Source: an uncultured Clostridia bacterium
Lineage (GTDB): Bacteria; Bacillota; Clostridia; Christensenellales; Borkfalkiaceae
Length of the DNA stretch: 36,668 nucleotides
Assembly (NCBI GenBank): GCA_947581885.1
Contig: CANPWF010000001.1
Location: 1-36,668 of the forward strand
Direction: 5' to 3'
The notes beneath the pieces were generated by a model. That model made no database searches. It saw nothing but the letters and a program-made list of their open reading frames with translations, and had not been told where the DNA came from. This document shows positions 7,837 through 17,100 of the stretch, one piece after another. Within the stretch, counting starts at the first letter, position 1; the number at the start of each line of letters is the position of its first letter. The position numbers were made by a program, and so were the translations under genes.

Positions 7837-8080
7837 AATTGTGTCTTTTTAGAGGCGCGGGCGGCAAAGCCCCGATGAAAAGGGGCGGCGCGGTCCCTAT
7901 ATACAATAATATTGGGGAGCGCTGTGCGCCGAGAAAAGAGGAAAAATGCGGGAATGGAAAATAGTAACATTTTTTGTAAAAAAGAGTAAAATATTTGAAT
8001 AACTTATACATTCCTTCTCTGATTTTTATAAAAAAATTCGTATTTTTATAAATTTTTTTTGAAAAACCGAGCGAGAACAA

Positions 8081-8111
8081 TTGACACGGGGGGGGGTATT
8101 GGTGTTATAAT
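8081..8111 (+). promoter_or_regulatory. SigA-type promoter with extended -10, driving the giant surface-protein locus
   Basis: TTGACA (8081-8086), a 19-nt spacer, then TGtTATAAT (8103-8111). It is preceded by a very AT-rich UP-like stretch (8020-8066). It lies ~35 nt upstream of start codon 8147. Confidence 0.7.
8088..8096. repeat. G9 homopolymer within the promoter spacer
   Basis: Nine consecutive G lie between the -35 and the extended -10 elements. The surrounding ~300 nt are strongly AT-rich. Confidence 0.95.
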
Positions 8112-8146
8112 TGTAACAAATTTCTTCATAACGGATGGTGAAATTT

Positions 8147-11100
8147 ATGAAGCGCAAAGTTTTATTGATACTTGGCTTGCTGTTCTCCGTCGTCACCCTG
8201 CTAGGTGCGCTTGCCGCATGCGGCGGCGGGGAAGAACCCGAGAAAAAGCAAGCCGGCTCCGAAGCGGGCACATATTACTGCGACTATAATGGGGTAGAGA
8301 ACGATTTGACCCTCGGTGGCGAATGCGAGTTTGAACTCAAGATCGGCGCCACGGTCATGAAGGGCGGTTACGAACTCGAGGGGGAGGGCCTTACCCTCTC
8401 GCCCGAGAACGCCGGCGTGATCTCCGCAAGATATAAGAACGAAAGGATCTCGTTTACCTATTCAAACGTCTCCTATACGTTTTTGCGGAAGATCGAGTAT
8501 ACGGTGAAGTTCGATACCGACGGCGGGACTGCAATCGACGACGTGAAGGTCGTCAACGGAAGGACGGTCGCAAGACCCACCCCGCCCAAGAAGGGTGAAC
8601 TGATTTTTGTCGGATGGTATACCGATAAGACCTATCAGAACCCGTTCTACTTCTCGCAACCCATCACCGGTGATAAGACGATCTGCGCGCGCTTTGTCGA
8701 GCCGCTCGATCCCGAGTTCGATGTAAAATTCGACCTAGGCTATACGGATGCGGCCGCAATGGCGCCTATCCGCACCGTTGGGCATAAACTCTATCCCGAC
8801 CAACTTCCCACGCCCGAGCGCACGGACGGCGTTGCGTTTATCGGCTGGTACGTCAGCGACTTTGAGACGCGCGATAAACTTTCGCGCGCGTTTGACTTGG
8901 AGGCGGAGGTCGCGCAGGACTTCACGCTGTACGCCGTTTGGGCGGAAACGGAAGGCGAGCCCGTCGTCTCGGTGACCGAGAGCGGCGTGGAGATCTCCGT
9001 GGATGGAGAAAACCTCGGCAATTATAATCTCAAAATCACCGCTCCCGACGACAGCGAGTCCACGCATTCTGACGCGCTTGCGACGGGCGCCACGACGAAA
9101 TACGATTACAATTTCGCCGCGCAAAACGAGGGCGAATATAAGGTGGAAGTCGAAGTTTCCGGCAAGACGACGACCCGCTATCTCAACAACAAGGCGCTTG
9201 CACGCGTCTCGGATTTCCGCCTCGAATTGGCGGGCGAGACGAGAACGTTGATCTTTAACAGCGTTGCGGGCGCAACGGAATATAAGATCACCGTAGAGTG
9301 CGGCACGGAAGGGCACGCGGCCGTTCACACCGAAAAATCGCTCGGCACAACCACGGCTTACGATTTCTCCGAGTGCGCTATGGGGGCGGACAAAACCATT
9401 AAGTTCACCGTGAAGGCGTATGCCGCGGGCCACGTGGCGAGCGTCTCCGAAACGTATGTTTACGACAAGACCCTTGACGAAGTGGACGCCATTACATTCG
9501 ACGAAGCGAAGGGTGATGTCACGTGGAGCAAGGTACCGTATGCGACGGCGTACCGTGTGACCGTTTCGCTCAACGACGAGCAAGTGGGCGAAACCACAGA
9601 ACTCCTTGCCGTTGGTACAAGCGGAAACGTGATGCGCTACTCCGTAAAGGAGATCGGAAAGGGCGAGGTGACCATTGAGGTCGTGCCTGTTGCATTCGGG
9701 TGGAATTCTCCCGAGGTCTCGGAATATACCTTTGAAAAACCCGCTCCCGCCGCTCCCACGAACGTACGTTTCGAGGACGGGAAAATCAAGTGGAACGCGG
9801 TCACGGGCGCAACAAAATATGAAGTTGTGATCGGCGAAACGACGAGAATGGCAGTAAGCGATCCCGCCGGGAACACTCCTCCTACCGAATATCAACTGCA
9901 GGAGGCGGACTTCGGCTCCTTGGAGGAGGCTGTGATCACGGTTTATACCGTGGGCGTGGACGACGCGGATAGATCGTACGCTTCGGATGCGATCAGTGTT
10001 GTGAACGCCAATGAGATCCGCGGCCTCGCCTATGCGGGCGGCTACGCGACGTGGAAGCCCGTATTCGGCGCGACTGCCTATCAGTATAAGGTGGGCACCG
10101 GCAACACTTGGAATACCGTCACTGCGTCCAAAGCGGCCATCGAATTCGGGGCTGCGGGCGAGCAGACCATTTCCGTAAAAGCGGTGAAAGACGGGGCCGA
10201 TTCGCCGGTGGAGACCGTTACCGTCACAGTCTATACCGTAGAGTTTGACATCGGCGGTGCCGCGAGCGAGATCGATGAGGTCGCCGACATGTATCTCGCC
10301 GCGGGCGATCCCATCTCGCTTCCCGTGCCTTCTACATGGCCCGGATATGACTTTGATGGTTGGTACACAGAAGATGGCGGCACAGGCGCAAAATACGAAC
10401 TCACCGTGTTCGACGGCGGCGCTTTGACGCTGTTTGCGAAGTGGAACCCCAAGAAATTCACCATTACGCTCGAAGTCGGCGCAGAAGGAACGTGCCAAGA
10501 AACGTTCGAAGTTTATTACAGACAAACAAACATCTGTCTGCCTATTCCCACGCCTGCCTCCGTGGAATATACCTTTAAGGGTTGGTACCTCGGCGTGGGC
10601 GGTACGGGCAGACTCTATGCGAACGCGACTGACGGATCCGCCGGTACATACACGCAACTTACAGACCTCACGGTCTATGCAAAGTGGACGACTCCCTTTG
10701 CGTATACGAATAAGAGTAACAAGCTTACAGTTACCGCGGGTACAAATATCGGCGGCGAAAAAGAAGTGACTATTCCCGATAAGCATGATGGTTTGCCCGT
10801 TACGACGGTCGGCGATTTCAACTCGGGAACCACACTTGAAATCATCAACATCCCCGATACGGTGGGAAACATCACGCTCGGCACCGTGGGTAGCGCATTT
10901 GAGAGCCTCAAGAACTTGAAAGAGGTCAACATCTATCACGTTGAGGGCAACAATACTCCCAAGTATGCTTCCAAGAACGGCATGGTGTATGAAGTGGAAG
11001 GGAATAAACTCGTCTATGTTCCCAAAGCTTACAAAGCTCCCGCTATCGGTCACAAGGACGACCCGGTGGAAGTGACCATTCCCGACAATATCGAGGTCAT

Positions 11101-14100
11101 CGTTTCGGGCGCAATGTACAAGAACCTGACGATCACCAAGCTCACTATTCCTGCATCGGTGCGCGAAGTGCAGACCAACGCCATTTACGGCAACGACTCC
11201 GAAAAGACGAATGCGAACGGCGATAAACTCGCGGAGATCGTGTTTGAAGCGACGGAGAACGGCACGCTTACTATCGCAAACGAGGCGTTTATCAATCTCC
11301 ATACGCTCACATCCATTACGCTTCCCAAGTATGTGCAGGCACTTGATGCAGAAAGTCACACCGTTATTCTCGGCACGGGCCAGATAAAGAACTGCGTAAG
11401 TCTTGAGAATATCAACATCGCGAACGGCGTTCCCGGTGATGCATACTTCTCGGAGGAAGGCGTACTCTGCCGCACCGCAGAGGGCGTGCGCGAGATTGTA
11501 TACTATCCCACTGCCCGTACGGAGACGTTGTATACGTTCCCCACGACGGTCGGAATCACCGTTATCGGCGCTCATGCGTTTGAAAAGGCAAAGAGCCTTC
11601 AAAGCATCGTTATCCCCGCTACCATCACGAAAATCGGGGAAAGCGCGTTCAACGGTTGCGAAGGTATCCAGAGCATCACGTTCCAATCCGGCGAGAGCGA
11701 TCAAGATCTCACGATCGAGAGAGAGGCTTTCGTCGGGACCAAGGCGCAAAGCCTTACGGTCCCCGCAAATGTTACCTCCGCAGGTTGGCACGCCTTCTAC
11801 ATCAGTACGTTGCAAACGGTCACGTTGAAGGGTAAAACGGGTATGCATGTGGAATATGCGGACAAGGGCGTGTTCCATCCTTCGACGGAAAACCTCACGA
11901 TCGAAGCGAACTTCCCCGTCATCGACATTTCGTCGGCATTTTCGAGCATCAACACTGCGGCGGCAGTACCGTCTCTGACGAAGGCAAAACTGAAAACGAT
12001 CAATATTTCCGCGAACGATAATTATAAGCAAGTGACGGGCAACGAAGCCGGTAAGGGCGCCATTTTCGATAAGGATATGACAAAGATCCTCTACATCGTG
12101 GAGGAGACGGAAGACTTTACGGTCCCCGAGGGTATTACCGAGATCGGCTCTGCGTTGTTCTACAATAATAAGACGTTGCGGACCATCACCATTCCCGCAA
12201 GCGTAAAGACGATCGCAGACAGGGCGTTCAGCGGTTGCGAAAATCTTGCCACGGTCACGTTCTCACCGTTCGTGGCACCCGCGGACAGCGGAGAGGCAAA
12301 GCGTGCCGCCTTGACCATAGGGGAGAAGGCATTCAACGAGTGCAAATCTCTCGCAACGATCGAGCTTCCTGCTGAAACGACATCTATCGGCAAGAGCGCA
12401 TTTAATAAATGCGCAAGCCTTACAGAGTTCACCGTCCCCGGCGGCGTGGCAGTTGTGGAAGAGGATCTGTTCTCCGAAGCCGGCATCGAAAGCATCACGC
12501 TTTCCGAAGGCGTATCGATGATCAAGGCGGGCGCGTTCAACAAGTGCGTTGCATTGGAAACGATCTCGCTTCCCGCGAGCATGGCGACCATCGAGCCCTC
12601 CGTGTTTACAGGATGCAAGGCGCTCACAACGATCACTGTTGCAGAGGAAAGTGAACACTTCAAGTCGATCGACGGCGTGTTGTACACTGCCCAAAAGAGA
12701 GCACAATCTACGGAGATAGACCCCGTAGAACTGTTGTTCGTTCCTCTGAACGGCAAGGCCGACAACGGTACGCTCCGCATTCCCGCAACGGTGACGAGCG
12801 TTGCGGAGAGGGCGGCGCAGTTCAACACCGGGATCACCGCGATCGAATTTGCCGAAAAGGTAGTGAAGTATAATGCGACGACCGGCGACGAGGAAGACGG
12901 CACGCTCGTCATCAACGATTATGCGTTTGGGGGAAATTCTACCGGCAAAACAAAGTTCAGCTCTATCAAACTGCCCATCGGGCTTACGACGATCGGCAAG
13001 CAAGCGTTCTCGTATCTGCACGAGTTGACCTCTATCGAAATTCCTTATACGGTGACGACGATCGGAACGCAGGCGTTCTATATGAGCGACCGTTTGGCGA
13101 CCATCACATTTAAGGAGACGCCCCAAGAGACCGCGGGGGTAGAGCTTACACTTGCAGGCAGTCCGTTCCAGAATGTCACCGGGCTGAAAAACATTGTGTT
13201 GCCCGACCGTCCGAAAGTAACGTTGAGCGTTGCGACGTTCTCGCAGTGCTACAACCTCGAATCGGTCACACTTCCTGCGGGTCTTGCGGAATTGCCCGGA
13301 CCTACATCGGGAGATACCGGCATATTCTCTAACTTCAAGAAGCTGACCACCGTCAACTTCCCCGCGCAGGTCTCCGCGAACTTCTCGATCGGCAAGTATG
13401 CCTTCTCCGGGTGCATCAATCTGGCACACGTTGGCACAGCCAAACAGGTGGATGTAGATGGTAAGGGTATGCAGAAAGAAGTCTACTTCCTGCCCGAAGG
13501 CGTCAAGACGATCGGCGCGTATGCGTTCCGTAACAGCGGACTTACGTCGATCGGCATCCCCGCATCGATGAGCGAATTCAGTCTCGAAAGCGAGGGTGGC
13601 ACATGCTACCGCCCGTTCGGGGGTTGCTCGAAGTTGGAAACAATTGCGTTTGCGAACGATTGCGCACTCACCTATCTGCCCGCAGGACTTATGACGGGTG
13701 CGCGTTCGTTGAAGTATGTGGTGTTCGGCAAGAACTCCCACATCCAAACGATCGGCGCATACGCCAGCGAAATAGTATCCGGAAACGGGCAGTCCGACTC
13801 GTTGGCAGGCGGTGTATTTGCGGGGGCTTCCCAACTTGCAAGCATCACGATCCCCGCATCGGTGGAAGTCATCGAAAACGGTTGCTTCATGAATTTGCCC
13901 TCGTTGCAAGAAGTGAAGTTCGAGGAGGGCAGCAAACTGCAAAAGATCGGCGGCGCTCTTATCACTTCGAACACGGAAGAAAAGGGAACAGACCCCGTGT
14001 TCGCTTTCTCCGGGCTCACCTCCTTCACCTTCCCGAAGATCACCAATGAAGCGGGAGAAGTACAGGAACTCAAAGTTGTGGCCGGCATATTTAGCGGATG

Positions 14101-17100
14101 TTCGAGTCTTACAAGCATCGCGATCTCGGAATCGGTGTGGGAGATCGACAATCTCTTAAAAGGCACGGTCGCGCTCGAAACGCTGACGGTTCCGGAAGGA
14201 AGCGAGCGCTTTGAGGTGGACGAGACGAACAAGGCGCTTTATAGCCTCAAAGAAGGCCAGAGGGATGTTCTTCTCGGCATCTACGGCGATCCGGGCAGCG
14301 TACTCAACATTGCAGGCGGCACGACGCAGATCGTGGCAAGTCTTTACAGGGGCAGAACGTCTATCACGCAGGTAAACATTCCCGATACCGTTGTCTCGAT
14401 CGGCGAAAGCGCATTTGAGAACTGCATCAACCTTACAACGGTGACCATCACCGTGGGCGATGGCAAGACGAGTGCGCTCAGCCTCATCGGTGATGCGGCG
14501 TTCAAGAACTGCTGGAAGCTCGCTTCGTTCGACTTTGCAAAGGCAGTCAACCTCAACCGTATCGGCAAGGAGGCGTTCTCCGCTTGTGCTTTCACGAAGC
14601 TCGACTTGCGGCAGAATCATCAGCTTGGCAATAATGCGGGCGGGACGAGTGTAAACGGCATCGGTGCGCAAGCATTTGAAAACGCTCCTCTGCTCGGCAC
14701 GGAGATGATCGATACCGCTATCGCGGCCACGGACCAATACTCCGTCATGTTCCCCGCAGAGCTGAAAACGATCGAGAAGGCGGCGTTCAGGAATACGCCG
14801 ATCACGAAGATCGATTTGAGCGGGACGAAGGTAACAAAGCTACCCGGCGGTACAAGCAACGATGGTATCTTCATGGGCTGTGCGCAACTCAAAGATGTGA
14901 AATTGCCCGTCGGCCTGACGTTGATAGAGGCACGAACGTTCTATAATTCGGGTCTTGAAACGATCAACCTCGAAGAGTTGGTCAACTTGACCGACATCAA
15001 GGCAAATGCGTTCAACAATACGCAACTCACGAGCATCGTGTTCCCCGAGGCAAAGAAGTTTGCAGCGACGACATCGCAATCCAGCATTTTTGCGAACAAC
15101 ACGAAGTTGAAATCTGTGGATATGTCGAAGGCGACCAGAATCCAGACGTACGGCAGCAGCGCATTCTCGGGGTGTCCCGAACTTGAAACGGTAACGTTGC
15201 CGAGCAGTCTCACCACGATCGGCAACAACATGTTTAAGGATTGCACTTCGCTTGAAAGTATCACTATCCCCGAAAATGTGACCTCGATTGGCAACAGCGC
15301 ATTCGAGGGTTGCACGGGTCTTGGAAACGTGACGATTCAAGCGACCGGGCTCAAAACGATCGGCAACAAAGCGTTCTCGGGCACGGTGCTCACGAGCTTC
15401 GATTTCCCGCAGACGGTGGAGTCGCTTGGCACGAACGCATTCGACGGCTGTTCGGAACTCGCGGAAGTGACATTCCACGACAACAGCAAGTTGACCATCG
15501 GAAATTATGCTTTCCAAGGAACGGGTCTCACTTCCGTTCACTTGCCCGAAGGGGTGGCGTCGATCAATCAATATGCGTTCAACAATTGCACGAGCCTCAC
15601 TACGGTGGAGTACGATAAGGACGGCATCACACTCGGTACGAGCTGCTTCGCGAATACCGCTCTCGCATCGTTTGACTTTGCACACGTGAAGGAGGTCGGT
15701 GCTACTGCATTCCAGAACACGAAGTTCACGGAGTTCACTTTCCCTGAACATACCATCTCTTGGAAAGCTGGCGTATTTACCGACTGTGCGGAACTCACGC
15801 AGGCTACGTTCCCGTCGTATGTGACGGAGATCCCCGCCAGCATGTTGAAGGGTTGTACCGCACTTGAAAAAGTGACGATCCAAAACGAATACCTCACCAC
15901 GATCAACAACAGTGCGTTTGAGGGTTGCACGGCGCTCGATGAAATCGAATGGCCCGCATCGCTCGACAGCCTTACAAAGCTCGGCACAAGTGTGTTCAAG
16001 GGGACCGGGTTCACCGCGATGGATCTCTCCAAGATGACGAACGAAAAAATCAACAATTTGCCCACAAGCACGTTCAGCGGCTGTGAAAGCCTTGGAAGCG
16101 TAAGACTAGCGCAGAATATGGTAACTTTCGGCGGGAAAGAAGTGTTTAAGGGCTGCACGAGCCTCACCACGGTGAACGGCATGAACCAAATCACAACGCT
16201 CACCGAAAGCGCATTTGACGGTTGCACGTCGCTCGCGACGATCGACATATCGAACGTGACCACGTTTGCCAAGAATGCCTTCAAGGGGTGCACCGAACTC
16301 AACAATGTGACCATCAACGAGAACGCTACCGCAATCGCCGAGGGAACATTTGCGGGGTGCGCAAGCCTTGCCAATATCGGGGACACTGAGACGGCGAACA
16401 TCACCTCGATCGCCAAGCGCGCATTCCAAGGGACCGCGTTCACGACATTTAAGATCCCCGCGAGCCTTACTACCGTCACCGCTTCCGCGTTCGACAGCTG
16501 CACCGACCTTGTAAGCTTTACCGTAGCGGACGAGAACGAAACGTTTGTAGTCGGTGAAAACGGTGAGCTCTATCAGCGCGGCGAGGGCGACGCGAAGATC
16601 CTCATCTGCTATCCCGCCGCCGCCACGACCGTGGAGATCGCCGCGGATGCGACGGAGATCGCTGCGCTTGCGTTCTCGGGCATAGGCGGCACGGGCAAGA
16701 CCCTCACCGTTCCCGGGAATGTCACGATCGACGGCTACGCCTTCGTGGGCTGCACATTCGATAAGGTCATCGTGGAGGACGGCGAAGGAGCCCTTGCACA
16801 GTACGCCTTTGCGCAAAACTCGTCGACTTATCCTGATGCGATTTGCGGCGTCAAAGAGGTAGAGTTCAGGGGCAGCACGGCGCTCAATGCGTCGGCGGCA
16901 ATGACCTCCTCCCAGTACCTGTTCCAGAACAACACGGGTACCACCAAGGTGACATTCCCCGAAGGGCTTACGACGATCGGCTCTTATTGGTTCGCAGGCA
17001 CAAGCAAGACGTCTTCCGCGGATGCGATCCCCACGGCTATCACCACAGTGGTTATTCCCGCCTCGGTGACGACCATCAAGGATTCGGCGTTCAAGGACGC

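Noticed and set aside
7850-7935. Possible c-di-GMP (GEMM-type) riboswitch upstream of the adhesin locus, prompted by GGCAAAGCCCCG at 7863-7874
   Set aside because: Only a short GCAAAGCC-like string resembles the class I consensus. I cannot find the paired tetraloop/receptor hairpins. The segment also lies upstream of the best promoter (8081-8111), so it would not be in the 5' UTR. Only an Infernal/Rfam scan could settle this.
7745-8080. 111-aa minus-strand ORF in the AT-rich intergenic region
   Set aside because: The translation is low-complexity and F/K/Y/I-rich, driven by AT-rich DNA. It spans the terminator and the repeat array, and it has no SD.
7960-8135. Invertible promoter (inverton) controlling the giant gene
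   Set aside because: I looked for inverted repeats of 10 bp or more flanking the 8081-8111 promoter and found only direct AT-rich repeats. No recombinase gene is adjacent. The G9 spacer tract is the more plausible variation mechanism.
8135-8146. ATG 8135 as the start of the giant gene (and GTG 28954 for the last lipoprotein)
   Set aside because: ATG 8135 lies within the GGTGA SD that serves ATG 8147. MKRKVLLILG... is a canonical lipoprotein signal peptide start. Likewise GTG 28954 lies in the GAGGAG SD region of ATG 28963. The difference is only 3-4 codons either way.
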